Shown in pieces: positions 18,903 through 28,586 of a DNA stretch of 61,044 bases. The notes below the pieces were generated by a model. It searched no databases. It worked only from the letters and a program-made list of their open reading frames with translations, and was not told the DNA's origin. Positions within the stretch are counted from its first letter, which is position 1. The number at the start of each line of letters is the position of its first letter. Source of the stretch: a virus. Lineage: Duplodnaviria; Caudoviricetes. The stretch spans positions 1 through 61,044 of the IMG/VR virus record IMGVR_UViG_3300012931_000291; one strand, written 5' to 3'. Position numbers and translations under genes: made by a program.

Positions 18903-19297
18903 AAGGATCTGACTTCCCTGACAAGGAGGTCTTGACAACGGCAGATGCACTCCGCTTCTGTCGTTTCAGGGGGTGGTCGACGTCCTCGGCTGCCCTCTAT
19001 TACCAGGGCCTCCGGTTCGGCTTTATGACGAAATCACTCGATGGGTACCACTGGCAGTTCAGTCGGGCGGGTTTAAGCAAGTTCTTGATGCAGAAGAACC
19101 TTCAGGCCCCACCCGGGTATTTGTCTGTCGCTGAGTTGGCGAAGAAAGTGAACCTTAACTTATCCATTGTCTATCAGCGGATCAAGGACTGGGGCGTTGA
19201 GACAATCAAGGTGGGGCCGAAGAAGACAATCTATGTCAGTGAGCTCTCATACGAGCGTCGACGAAGAGTGAAGGAGAGAATACCCCTCGATGAATGA
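18899..19297 (+). CDS. putative HTH DNA-binding protein
   Basis: YLSVAELAKKVNLNLSIVYQRIK; GTG start overlapping the SSB stop. Confidence 0.55.
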   Translation: MKGSDFPDKEVLTTADALRFCRFRGWSTSSAALYYQGLRFGFMTKSLDGYHWQFSRAGLSKFLMQKNLQAPPGYLSVAELAKKVNLNLSIVYQRIKDWGVETIKVGPKKTIYVSELSYERRRRVKERIPLDE

Positions 19298-20477
19298 AGA
19301 AACCTTCTCGACTGGATCAGACCTCCTCGACCTGGTGGTCGGTGGCGGGCAGAGGTTTGGCTACCCTGCTGGTAGGGTGATTAACATTGTCGGTGACAAG
19401 TCGAGTGGAAAGACCTTTCTGACCTGCGAGCTCATCGCCGCTGCATACCATAAGTGGAAGGATAAGCTTAAGTTGATATACGACGACGCGGAGTCTGGGT
19501 TCACCTTTGACACCGAAGCTCTTTACGGTTTCAAGATCATCCCCGACGAGGACAAGAGAGTCAAGTCGAGGACAGTTGAGGAGTGGTCCTGCAACTTCCG
19601 CGAATTCCTCGGAACGCTAGAAGACGACGAGGTCGGGATCTATGTTTTGGACACTCTGGACGGCCTTTCGTCTCAGCAAATACATGACCGGGCGGAGGAG
19701 CGGTTTAAGACCTTCAAGTCGAAAGGTGCCGCTGCAGTCAAGGGCTCTTATCAGATGGAGTCCGCGAAGTTTCTCTCTCAGGAGTTCTTCAAGGAGCTCA
19801 CGGCTATGACGGAGGACAAGAAGGTCCTCCTGGTTGTAGTCTCTCAGGTCCGGGACAAGATCGATTCGATGTTCAATGAGCAAACCCGTTCCGGCGGTCG
19901 TGCTCTTGACTTCTATGCCCACACCGCCCTCTGGCTCTCGACGGCGCAGAAGGTCATTCGTAAGGACCGAGTTGTAGGCGTAGTAGTCAAGGCGATGACT
20001 AAGAAGTCGAAGACCCCTAGACCGTTCCGCAATTGCTTTTTCACCCTACTCTTCGACTACGGGCTGGACAACGTCGGCTCAAACCTCGACTTCCTCTACG
20101 ACCTCAGAACCGACAAAGGCGAGATGCGCTCGTCGTCAGAGTCACTTCAGTGGTCGGAGAACGCGAAGGAGGTGACTCCGAAGGCGCTCGTTGAGTTCAT
20201 CAAAGTCCAAGGCTCGGAAAAAGAAGAGCTTTTTAAGATCGCCAAAAAGCAATATAATTTAGAAGGTGTTCGGAAGATCACCGAATGGATCGTCGGTGAA
20301 GCAGGTCTGAAGGAGCAGTTCGAGGCTGAGTTCGGAGTGTCAATGCGCCGCGGCGAGCTAATTAACTGGATCGAGGCAAACGGTAAGCAAGCCGAACTTA
20401 GCGAGAGGGTCAAGACTAAGTGGGAATTGATCGAGGATGCAGTCAAGTCAGATCGCCCGAAGAAGTACGCCGAATGA
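19290..20477 (+). CDS. RecA/UvsX-like recombinase
   Basis: STGS..LD, GDKSSGKT, DAE, SQVRDKI and SGGRALDFYA motifs. Confidence 0.88.
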   Translation: MNEETFSTGSDLLDLVVGGGQRFGYPAGRVINIVGDKSSGKTFLTCELIAAAYHKWKDKLKLIYDDAESGFTFDTEALYGFKIIPDEDKRVKSRTVEEWSCNFREFLGTLEDDEVGIYVLDTLDGLSSQQIHDRAEERFKTFKSKGAAAVKGSYQMESAKFLSQEFFKELTAMTEDKKVLLVVVSQVRDKIDSMFNEQTRSGGRALDFYAHTALWLSTAQKVIRKDRVVGVVVKAMTKKSKTPRPFRNCFFTLLFDYGLDNVGSNLDFLYDLRTDKGEMRSSSESLQWSENAKEVTPKALVEFIKVQGSEKEELFKIAKKQYNLEGVRKITEWIVGEAGLKEQFEAEFGVSMRRGELINWIEANGKQAELSERVKTKWELIEDAVKSDRPKKYAE

Positions 20478-20704
20478 TTCAGGACTTTGGCGTCGATGAG
20501 CGGGAGCTTTATAAGACGTGGATTGCTTATATCCACGGCCTGGCCCACAAGGTGAAATCGCCGGACGTACTCCGAGCGATGAGAGAGTCCTCGCAGATTG
20601 ATCCAAGGACCTTGGACTACTTTACGATGATGGGGATGGATCTCTTTATGGAATCCATATCTAAAGAAGTGGCGAGGAGGGAGCATGCCGACCAGCCTCA
20701 GTAA
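20474..20704 (+). CDS. hypothetical protein
   Basis: ATGA overlap with the RecA-like stop. Confidence 0.55.
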   Translation: MIQDFGVDERELYKTWIAYIHGLAHKVKSPDVLRAMRESSQIDPRTLDYFTMMGMDLFMESISKEVARREHADQPQ

Positions 20705-21179
20705 CAAAGAACTCCACACCCTCATCAACATCATCGATGATTGCTTCAAGTCCGAACTGATGCCGAAGGAAGTCGAAGTCCTGTACAAGCGGATGGTCAG
20801 GGCGACGAAGAAGATCACAGTCCAGTCGGCTAAGAGCAAAGGACGAGGTCTTCAATACTGGGTCTGCGAGAAGATTGGTGTCATCCTGGGCGTGAAGTTC
20901 GTCCAGTCGGATGATCTCTGCCCGGTCCACTCGCGCGAGATGGGTCAATCTGGAAGTGACATCGTTCTGCGCACGATCGAGGCACAGAAAAAGTTCCCGT
21001 TCACAGTCGAGTGCAAGTCGGCTGAGACCTTTGAGCTGATAAAGACTATCGAGCAGGTTAGGGCCAACCAGAAGGACGGCACTTCTTGGATGATTGTGCA
21101 TAAACGAAAAGCTTTGATGGAGCCGATTGTTATTCTTGAGTGGACTTCCTTTGAGAACTTATTAAGGGGCTTGAAGTGA
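20685..21179 (+). CDS. Holliday-junction resolvase-like PD-(D/E)xK nuclease
   Basis: KSKGRGLQ, GSDI and VECK motifs. Confidence 0.7.
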   Translation: MPTSLSNKELHTLINIIDDCFKSELMPKEVEVLYKRMVRATKKITVQSAKSKGRGLQYWVCEKIGVILGVKFVQSDDLCPVHSREMGQSGSDIVLRTIEAQKKFPFTVECKSAETFELIKTIEQVRANQKDGTSWMIVHKRKALMEPIVILEWTSFENLLRGLK

Positions 21180-21235
21180 TCGTGTACTTGGCTAGAAATA
21201 GAACTGGGTAAATTGGGGAAGGAGAAGTAAACGAA

Positions 21236-21784
21236 GTGCTGGGTATGAGGCGCGTTGTACGACCCACGGAAGCGTTCACCTCAAGTTCCGCGGAACAAAA
21301 CCGAAAGGTACAAACCCCCGCGAAGCTCCTTCGTAAGCTTCTCCTTCCTCTTCTTTTGTTTGTAGCTTTCTTTGCCTGGGGGCAGACCATTGATGCCGAG
21401 ACTGAGCAGTGGGTTATCAACTACGGTTTGAGCAAGGGGATACCGGCTTCAGTGACGAGGCAGTTGATGATCGAGGAATCAGATAGAATCCCGACAGCTG
21501 TTAGTAAGCTTACGATAGAAGGTTACTCTTCGCGAGGTCTGTTCCAGTTGTACGACCGACCTTCAAATATTGAATGGTTGTTGGATACCTATTGGCATCG
21601 AAAGTATTCATTTGACATTTATGATCCGAGGGACAATGCAGAAGTGGCGTTGACGTATTTGGCAGCGCTACACAGACGATTTGGTACTTGGTACTTGGCG
21701 CTCTGCTACTACAATCATGGGGACGTCAAAACGATCCCAGACGAGACGGATGCCTATGCGCTCCGAATCATAAATGCGAGGTGA
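21236..21784 (+). CDS. lytic transglycosylase (SLT domain) with N-terminal hydrophobic segment
   Basis: EES, RGLFQL, DPRDN, YL and ALCYYNHG motifs; start uncertain. Confidence 0.8.
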   Translation: MLGMRRVVRPTEAFTSSSAEQNRKVQTPAKLLRKLLLPLLLFVAFFAWGQTIDAETEQWVINYGLSKGIPASVTRQLMIEESDRIPTAVSKLTIEGYSSRGLFQLYDRPSNIEWLLDTYWHRKYSFDIYDPRDNAEVALTYLAALHRRFGTWYLALCYYNHGDVKTIPDETDAYALRIINAR

Positions 21785-21787
21785 AGG

Positions 21788-22207
21788 ATGAAAGCGAAAG
21801 TCGTCTGTAACAAGTGTGCCTACTTGATGGTCGTGAAAGGCGTTGCTCCCTTCTGCCTGGCTGGGGCATACTTCGTTGATTCTGAGCTCTGCCGGAAGGT
21901 GGATGTTAAGGGGATAAAGGTTGCGGCGAAGGTTAACAAGTCGATGAACTGCAAGAAAAAGAAGCGGATTTCCTTGAAGGCTAACGCTTTCCATCGCTGG
22001 CTCAAGACCGACCTGAAGCGAAAGGGTCTCCAGTATGCCGGTCGTGATCTCTCAGCTTACAAGTGCGTTACATTGGAGAAGAAATATGTTGGACAGCTAT
22101 CAAGAGACAGTGGATCGCTTGAACTCGGGGAAAAAGCCCTCCTTGCCGGAGCAGGAAGCTCCACCGGAGCCGGAGGAGTCGTCTCAGCAGACGAAGTCGG
22201 AGGCTGA
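21788..22207 (+). CDS. hypothetical Cys-containing protein
   Basis: Basic 139-aa ORF with CNKC. Confidence 0.5.
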   Translation: MKAKVVCNKCAYLMVVKGVAPFCLAGAYFVDSELCRKVDVKGIKVAAKVNKSMNCKKKKRISLKANAFHRWLKTDLKRKGLQYAGRDLSAYKCVTLEKKYVGQLSRDSGSLELGEKALLAGAGSSTGAGGVVSADEVGG

Positions 22208-22424
22208 AGCGAAGCCTGATCGCCCTCCGCGCGTGATTGATGTCCGAGGTGAGCTCGAGATCACGATCATGAAATCGCTCTCCGCGGACAAGGGAGACAC
22301 CTATACTCAGTGTGAGTTCCTCGTGAACCTCACTATGGATGATCGGGTAAAGGAGGGAGTCATCGTTTTAGACGTTGCCAAGACCAGAAGGCTCTTGAAG
22401 TTGTTGAACCTCGAAGGTGTGTGA
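22086..22424 (+). CDS. hypothetical protein
   Basis: ATG 22086 preceded by GGAG; stop coupled to the next gene. Confidence 0.55.
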   Translation: MLDSYQETVDRLNSGKKPSLPEQEAPPEPEESSQQTKSEAEAKPDRPPRVIDVRGELEITIMKSLSADKGDTYTQCEFLVNLTMDDRVKEGVIVLDVAKTRRLLKLLNLEGV

Positions 22425-23074
22425 TGGCAGAGAGCAAAGACTTGACCCCGCTGGATCAGCCGCCGGATACGACACCAGTTTTCAGGGAGAAGATGGAGAA
22501 GATTTTCGCGTCCGTTTACTCCCAAGACGACCCTGAGCTCCCTCTTCTTCCTGAGAAGCATCGGATGTTTGCCTTCCGATGGGCTACGGAGTTCAGGACG
22601 AACGCTGACTGGGGGAGGATTTTCCATGTCAGTGATACACGGATTGCCGAGTGGAAGAAGAACCCGAAGATTCTTAAGTATTATTTAATTATTCGGCGGA
22701 AGCAGAATCTCGTTTTGATGGAGAGGATGAAGCTTCTCGAGACGAAAGCTTTCCAGAAGTTGTATGAGCTCTTAGATATGGATATCACGGATAAGAATGC
22801 TGATGTCATCAGGAAGACAATTATGAATGTCCTGGGTGTCGATGTTGAAGGAACCCTCAACTTGAGGGTGACTGCGGAGGCCAGGGCCGTAGCCTCCACA
22901 AGTGCATTGGGCGGTGAGGCTAAGGCAGCAGCCAAGGTTGAGACGAGTCTAGATATCAAGAAACTGCGCGACAGGCTAGACGAGATGGCCCTTTTGGAGG
23001 ACTTAGTAATAGTAGAACCGGAACCTGTAGAGTCAGATGTTAATGACAAGGTAGAAAATAATGATAATATATAA
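22421..23074 (+). CDS. putative terminase small subunit / HTH protein
   Basis: HTH-like segment (WGRIFHVSDTRIAEWKKNP) followed by helices; lies upstream of terL. Confidence 0.45.
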   Translation: MMAESKDLTPLDQPPDTTPVFREKMEKIFASVYSQDDPELPLLPEKHRMFAFRWATEFRTNADWGRIFHVSDTRIAEWKKNPKILKYYLIIRRKQNLVLMERMKLLETKAFQKLYELLDMDITDKNADVIRKTIMNVLGVDVEGTLNLRVTAEARAVASTSALGGEAKAAAKVETSLDIKKLRDRLDEMALLEDLVIVEPEPVESDVNDKVENNDNI

Positions 23075-23804
23075 AGTTATTTGTTATTGTACTGGTATGC
23101 TTTATATCGGGAAAACATGTATGTCGTTGAATGCGCGTAAGTATTATCATTTGTATGATGCAAAGCGAGGGAGTAGAGTTTATTTTCATAATGCTCTTCG
23201 AAAGTATGGCGTCGGGAACTTTGACTGGCAAGTGATTGATCAAGCTGAGTCCAAACAAGAACTTAACGAGAAGGAAAAGTACTGGATCCAGTTCTATAAG
23301 TCGTTTGATCCGCAGTTTGGTTATAATTTGACGATGGGTGGAGATGGAAATACAGCAGGAAATAAATTGTCAGGAGAAACGAAAAGAAAAATAGGAGCAG
23401 CTCTTGAAGGGCATATAACATCCATTGAGACAAGACAGAAAATTAGTGTTGCAAATAAGGGACGTATTTACCCCGAAGAATATGGAAAGAAAATGAGTAC
23501 TATTTTGAGAGGAAGAAAACAACCCAATGAAGTTGTACAGAAAAGAGCAAAATCTCTTAAGGGACATATAACATCTGATGAGACACGAAGAAAGATTGGG
23601 ATTGCAAATAAAGGAAAGATACGAACCGAAGAACAAAAAGAACAACAGCGTAGAAAAATGAAAGGGCGAAAGTTACCTGAGTATGCTGGGCAACATGTAG
23701 GTAGGACACAATCTAAAGAAATCAAAGACAAGATTTCTATTAAGATGAAACAAGTGTGGCAAGAAAGACGGTCAGGAGGAACAGAATGGACAGGAAAAGT
23801 TTGA
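23061..23804 (+). mobile_element. GIY-YIG homing endonuclease with NUMOD3 repeats
   Basis: IIYK...YIGKT, ALRKYG, E..WI, GYNLT.GG and repeated S.ETR.KI motifs; AT-rich. Confidence 0.9.
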
Positions 23805-24271
23805 AGAAGAACCAAGCGAGGAAGCGATTGCTCAAGGTCCAAGAGGCAATTAAAGACCTTCTCCAGCCGATCTACGCGTTGTCTTCCGAGGTTTTTGCCG
23901 AGGCTAAGAAGCGTTTTGACGAGTACCGTGTTAATGAAGGCATCGCCGATGGAGAAGTTATTTGCTCCCCGGTTACTGAGGAGATCATTATGAAGCTTTT
24001 TGACGACTGGAAACAACAAATCGTTATCAGGAGTCGCAAGCTTGGCTTGAAAGTGATTAAGAAGTACTCTCTTAGTATCGCCGTGGAAGCCTGGATCTTC
24101 TGCCGTCAAAATATCATTAAGAATCGTAGTCAGATTCAGGGTGTGCCGATTGTCTGGAAGGCTATTGATGAGTATTTTCAGCAGTTCGTCGACGAGGTGC
24201 AGATGCAGATCTTGGCTGAGATGGACAAGGAGAATCAATGCTTTGAAGATTCTAAGAGTGTCCTTGAGTAG
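23786..24271 (+). CDS. hypothetical protein
   Basis: AGGAGG upstream of ATG (MDRKSL...). Confidence 0.6.
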   Translation: MDRKSLKKNQARKRLLKVQEAIKDLLQPIYALSSEVFAEAKKRFDEYRVNEGIADGEVICSPVTEEIIMKLFDDWKQQIVIRSRKLGLKVIKKYSLSIAVEAWIFCRQNIIKNRSQIQGVPIVWKAIDEYFQQFVDEVQMQILAEMDKENQCFEDSKSVLE

Positions 24272-24301
24272 TCCACCGGAGTTTCTTCGTAGGAGGAGAA
24301 G

Positions 24302-24586
24302 ATGAAATGCACAGTTTGCGGTAAAGAGTCAGAAAAAGGTGCAAAAGTCACAATAACTATTTTCAGGGAAAAGATATTTTTTTATTGCAGCCCTGCTTGT
24401 GTTAAAAAGAGCAGGCATGGAATAGGAATAAAACAAGCGCTTCTTAAGATGTTTGAAGATCATGCCATATCCAACACAGATTTCAACTCGACAACTACCA
24501 GTGTAGGACAATGCAAAATGTCCACAGTGACAAAACTTGATGAATTTGCTACGCCGTGTAGCAGTTGCAAGTCAATGTTAGGCTGA
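24302..24586 (+). CDS. small Zn-finger protein (CxxC...FYCSxxC)
   Basis: Strong RBS; reads through an attC-like site. Confidence 0.55.
   Translation: MKCTVCGKESEKGAKVTITIFREKIFFYCSPACVKKSRHGIGIKQALLKMFEDHAISNTDFNSTTTSVGQCKMSTVTKLDEFATPCSSCKSMLG
24469..24583 (+). repeat. attC-like site 1 (degenerate)
   Basis: ATCCAAC-ACAGA-TTTCAACT-CGACAACT ... AGTTGCAAGT-CAAT-GTTAGGC. Confidence 0.55.
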
Positions 24587-24619
24587 CAATCACGGCGGAT
24601 AATTTGCAAGGAGAGAAAT

Positions 24620-24784
24620 ATGGCACACGGAAAGAGCAAGTCACAGTCGAATCCGAATGGAGTACGGTCTATCTCCAATGGCGCTGAACGCGCACCAAAA
24701 GCCCTTCGCCGACTTGGTAAAAAGCTTATGTTGGATTGTACTGACAAAGAACTTGAGAGAGTTTCGCAGGTAAAGAGAGTCTAA
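24620..24784 (+). CDS. 54-aa cassette-like ORF (not in the ORF track)
   Basis: AAGGAG RBS; MAHGKSKSQSNPNG...VKRV; its TAA lies inside the GTCTAAC box of attC-like site 2. Confidence 0.65.
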   Translation: MAHGKSKSQSNPNGVRSISNGAERAPKALRRLGKKLMLDCTDKELERVSQVKRV

Positions 24785-24839
24785 CAACTGAATCAATCTG
24801 ACAATGCTTGCGCGTTGTCAGGTTATCTAAATGTTATAT
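24779..24839 (+). repeat. attC-like site 2
   Basis: GTCTAAC-AACTG-AATCAATC-TGACAA-loop-TTGTCA-GGTTATC-TAAAT-GTTATAT, giving the R''/L''/L'/R' layout with an unpaired C in L''. Confidence 0.72.
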
Positions 24840-24859
24840 GGGCCTGGGTAGAGGTTGTT

Positions 24860-25237
24860 ATGGAAGATGGGATTGAAATTGAAAAAGAATGTATTGAAGC
24901 ATTTGAAAAATATATGCGAAGTGTTGGTATGAACCCACTCTCCGACACTATCCGTATGGGGCAGTTTTGGAATATCTGGAAAGCCTCATGGTTTACATGT
25001 ATTAATGCGCCGGGGCGTAGAACAACTACTTCGCTTGTTACTAAGACTTCGGATTGTGGAGGATGTATGCACGTAAAGAAATTAATTAGAATTGTCCATA
25101 TCGCAGATGCAGTAGAAATAATCTGTAATGAAACAGGGATGACAATTCCAGATTGTATAGATAGGCTTGTAGGGGTAGACGGGTTGACTACTGCTGATGC
25201 AAAAGAAGTTAAATTATATCACATGAAAAGGATATGA
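24860..25237 (+). CDS. hypothetical cassette-like protein
   Basis: GAGG RBS; lies between attC-like sites 2 and 3. Confidence 0.55.
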   Translation: MEDGIEIEKECIEAFEKYMRSVGMNPLSDTIRMGQFWNIWKASWFTCINAPGRRTTTSLVTKTSDCGGCMHVKKLIRIVHIADAVEIICNETGMTIPDCIDRLVGVDGLTTADAKEVKLYHMKRI

Positions 25238-25287
25238 ATTTGACAACGAGTTTGACCTGACAACCACAAAGGCCGGTTGTCAGGTAT
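25238..25287 (+). repeat. attC-like site 3 (right end lost)
   Basis: ATTTGAC-AACGA-GTTTGACC, with a perfect ACCTGACAACC/GGTTGTCAGGT stem directly after the ORF stop. Confidence 0.5.
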
Positions 25288-25409
25288 ACAGATAATCTGC
25301 GAGAGGAGAAAGATTGTATGAAAACCAATGGCCTCACATGGAGACAGTTGTGCATTTGATTGGGGGTCAGGCTGAGAATGTATCGACGAGAAATGCAAAG
25401 GAGTAAATT

Positions 25410-25634
25410 GTGATTAGTAATTCGGTGAGAATAAATCCCTATGATTACACCTGGTATCATCCGTTTGATCTTATCGGCCCTTGCCGTTTTATTGGATTTG
25501 ATGAATTTGGGAGAGGCCGATTTAAGGTAGGGATTGGATCTGTTTTTCCCGATAGCCAATGTAACTCGGGAGAACTTAGAAGTAACTCCATGATTATTGG
25601 GGAGTGCCTCGCAGGAGTAGAAGATGCCGGATGA
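25410..25634 (+). CDS. hypothetical protein
   Basis: AAGGAG upstream; overlaps the terL start. Confidence 0.45.
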   Translation: MISNSVRINPYDYTWYHPFDLIGPCRFIGFDEFGRGRFKVGIGSVFPDSQCNSGELRSNSMIIGECLAGVEDAG

Positions 25635-27414
25635 AGTACAACATTTAGCTGAGCAAATTACTTTGAAAGATGTGGATTTGAAAGAGCTTTTGAAAGATAA
25701 AGCTCCAATATTGTACTGGGCAACAAATTATCATAGAAACATTCGCGGTGATCGGATGTCTTTCAAAGATCGATGGTATTTAGCTTCTTTGTATCGCGAT
25801 TTCCTCAAGTTTCATAAGTTAGCAGTGATGAAACCTGTCCAGCATGGCTTATCTGAGTTGTTTATCGTCGGCTCGTTCTACGAAGCAGCAGAACTCGGAT
25901 ATATCGTCATGTACGTCTTGCCGAAGTACAAAGGCCGAGATCGATTTGTCAACTCGCGCGTGGATACAGTTATTCGCAGGGTTCCAGCTTATGGAAGGAT
26001 GATGAGTGATGCAGCCGGAACCAGTCGAGTTGCTCTGAAGCAGTTTGGTAAGGGGCAACTCTTGTATGTCGGCTCTAACGTGGAAGATGAGTTTGTTGAG
26101 GTTCCAGTGGACTCAGCCTTCGTTGACGAGAAAGATAGATGCAATCAGCGAAATCTTCTGCTTTTGCCAGACCGCTATTCCGCCAGCCCACATAAGTTCC
26201 ATCGGGAGATTTCGACGCCAACTATCGAGGGGAGGGGTATTGATGGGCGGATCCAGACGAGCACGAAAGGCTACTGGATGATCAAGTGTGAAGGTTGCAA
26301 TTATCGCTTCTTTCCCGGCTTCTTCGAGGCAGTGATGAAGCAGGTAGAGGAGAGGAAGTGGATCCCCCGAGACGAGAAGTGCGGGGAGTTTGACGAGCCC
26401 CGAGTGATTTGCCCGAAGTGCAACCGACCAGTCAATCGCTTTTCTAAGGGGGAGTATGTTGAGGAGTATCCAGGGCGGGAGTGGGTAGGACGGATCGTCG
26501 CCCCGACGGTCAGCCCGACGGTGACGATGCGAGAACTTGTTACTGTGTGGGATGAGTCCTTCCTGAACCCTTTGAAGAAGGAGTTCTTTTACAATTCCCG
26601 CCTAGGTCTTCCTTACACGTCGGAAGGTGCGAAGTTCTCCTCCGGTCTACTCACTGGCATCCAGATCCCTTACCAATATCCAGTTGATCGAACCACCGTT
26701 CACGGGCCGTTGTTCATGGGCGTGGACGTCGGCGATGTGCTGACCGTGGTGATACGCGAGAGGATCAGAGATGAGCATGGGATTTTGAACCGTCGTCTGG
26801 TCTTGGCTACGGAGCTTCCCAGCTTCACCTTGCTCAAGGACATGATTAGGGAGTGGAATCCTCGAGTATGCGTTATCGACGCTGACCCCGAGATTCACAA
26901 CATCGCTTCTTTGAAGGGGGAGTTCAAGAATATTTTCTCCTCCCGTTTCCAGCACGCCCTGCTTGAGTTTCGCATCAATCGAGAAGACAGAGTCCTGAAT
27001 GAGGACCGGACGGCAGCTATCGACAGCTTGAAAGCAGCGATCGAGGCGCATGCTTTGATGAACCCAGAAGGATCGGAGGTCTTAGTTGGGGGTCGATACT
27101 GGTCGCAGATGCAGGCTTCAACGCGTGTCCTGGTTGTGAACGAGAACAACCCTGAGAAGTCCTACTATTCGTGGGAGGAGAACTCGCCGGACCACTTTAT
27201 GCTCGCTGAGACGTATTGCAACCAGGCAAGCAGACTCCTCCCCAGTGAATCAGTCTTGGATTATTACGCGCAGGTGGCAGCGCAAGGTGCAGCTCCCACG
27301 CAGCAGGCGATTGTGACACCGATAGGTGGGGGGCAAGCAATGTCTCAGGCTGAGTTGAACACTCTGGCCCAGCAGTCACCTGAGCAATTTTTGGACTCTT
27401 TGAGAAAGTTGTAG
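25624..27414 (+). CDS. terL: terminase large subunit (GpA-like)
   Basis: MKPVQHGLSE, FVDEKD, ISTPT, two CxxC motifs, LGLPY, MGVDVG and PDHF. Confidence 0.88.
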   Translation: MPDEVQHLAEQITLKDVDLKELLKDKAPILYWATNYHRNIRGDRMSFKDRWYLASLYRDFLKFHKLAVMKPVQHGLSELFIVGSFYEAAELGYIVMYVLPKYKGRDRFVNSRVDTVIRRVPAYGRMMSDAAGTSRVALKQFGKGQLLYVGSNVEDEFVEVPVDSAFVDEKDRCNQRNLLLLPDRYSASPHKFHREISTPTIEGRGIDGRIQTSTKGYWMIKCEGCNYRFFPGFFEAVMKQVEERKWIPRDEKCGEFDEPRVICPKCNRPVNRFSKGEYVEEYPGREWVGRIVAPTVSPTVTMRELVTVWDESFLNPLKKEFFYNSRLGLPYTSEGAKFSSGLLTGIQIPYQYPVDRTTVHGPLFMGVDVGDVLTVVIRERIRDEHGILNRRLVLATELPSFTLLKDMIREWNPRVCVIDADPEIHNIASLKGEFKNIFSSRFQHALLEFRINREDRVLNEDRTAAIDSLKAAIEAHALMNPEGSEVLVGGRYWSQMQASTRVLVVNENNPEKSYYSWEENSPDHFMLAETYCNQASRLLPSESVLDYYAQVAAQGAAPTQQAIVTPIGGGQAMSQAELNTLAQQSPEQFLDSLRKL

Positions 27415-27498
27415 TTTTATTATGGAAGTTATCGAAGGGTGCTATGCTTCACATTTAAGAAAGTGATATCAACTGAGTCTTAGAGGGAGGAGGGTGCT

Positions 27499-27864
27499 AT
27501 GCTTAGGAACTTTGGAGTGATTTTTGTTTTGGTCTTTGTTGCCGTAGTTGTTGTCTGGATGGTTCGAGATGCGATGAAGAAATTGAATGTTGATTGTGAT
27601 CGACTTGTCCCTTTCGATTATGACGAAGGTCCAAAGCGTTTGTATAGGATATGTGTCTACGTTATAGAAGTTAATAAACAGGCGGCGAATTTCTCATTCA
27701 TCATTCCAGGACGGTATAAGGATAGAAAAATCATCTTGCCTTTGCGCGATTTACCGGAGAAGCTACGAGAAGCTATTTGTTCAGGGAAGTATTTGTATGT
27801 TAGGGCGAATATTAAGGCTTCTGATATTGAGGACCTTTGGTTTGAGGGTTGGGGGGAGGTGTAA
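27499..27864 (+). CDS. hypothetical protein with N-terminal membrane anchor
   Basis: Hydrophobic N-terminus; RBS present. Confidence 0.6.
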   Translation: MLRNFGVIFVLVFVAVVVVWMVRDAMKKLNVDCDRLVPFDYDEGPKRLYRICVYVIEVNKQAANFSFIIPGRYKDRKIILPLRDLPEKLREAICSGKYLYVRANIKASDIEDLWFEGWGEV

Positions 27865-27865
27865 G

Positions 27866-28126
27866 ATGTACAACCGAATCTATATGAGTAATGCAAAAGT
27901 GGGATCAATTATTGATTCGATCTTCGATGAACTCGCGGCCGCAGAGAAAAAGCATCCTGAATGGCCAGAGGATAAAATACACGCCGTCGCAATAATGGTC
28001 GAAGAAGCAGGAGAATCGATGCAAGCCGTACTTGATTATACTTATGCAAACGGCGATATTGAGCATCTAAAGAAAGAGTTGGCACAAACTGGAGCAATGT
28101 GTCTCCGAGTGCTTATGCACTTATAA
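27866..28126 (+). CDS. MazG-like all-alpha NTP pyrophosphohydrolase
   Basis: EEAGE ... KKELAQ pattern. Confidence 0.6.
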   Translation: MYNRIYMSNAKVGSIIDSIFDELAAAEKKHPEWPEDKIHAVAIMVEEAGESMQAVLDYTYANGDIEHLKKELAQTGAMCLRVLMHL

Positions 28127-28267
28127 AACTTTATATGTGTCGAAGAGACGATCCAAGCGTTAGTGGCTTGGAATTATTTGTAAGGATTGAGTAGGAGGAG
28201 AAAATGACTTTTGATATGACACGGTGCAGGATTGGAGGCTGTCTAGTTAGAAGGGAGGAAGGGTCAA

Positions 28268-28486
28268 ATGCGAAGTATTTGTGAGATGGGCGGTGCTACG
28301 AGAGATCTGTGGTCACTCTTTCCTTTGCTACATGATTATAGTACGGCCCACTATTTTCGTACCTGCGCTCGATGTAGCTGCGGTCAAGAACTTTTTACGA
28401 ACGGGCAAGGACTGTGGAAATGCTTTTCTTGTGGTAAGAAATATTCGCAGAAAAGAACTTCGAGCGACCACCAAAAAAGAACTTAA
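28268..28486 (+). CDS. small Zn-ribbon protein
   Basis: CSCG ... WKCFSCG. Confidence 0.35.
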   Translation: MRSICEMGGATRDLWSLFPLLHDYSTAHYFRTCARCSCGQELFTNGQGLWKCFSCGKKYSQKRTSSDHQKRT

Positions 28487-28500
28487 ATCCAAACTAATTG

Positions 28501-28529
28501 TTGACATTCTAACGAGTTTGGTATATACT
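28501..28529 (+). promoter_or_regulatory. sigma70-type promoter upstream of portal
   Basis: TTGACA-17 bp-TATACT. Confidence 0.8.
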
Positions 28530-28586
28530 TGTAGTTAAGCGCCTTCCACAAAAATGAGAGCCTTGATTGTATAGGAGGGTATTAGC

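Noticed and set aside
23061-23804. GIY-YIG gene as part of a group I intron
   Set aside because: It overlaps both neighbouring ORFs, leaving no room for intron core elements, so it appears free-standing.
12635-27414. Inteins in the polymerase, RecA-like protein or terminase
   Set aside because: Lengths are accounted for by the recognised domains, and I saw no splice-junction or LAGLIDADG motifs.
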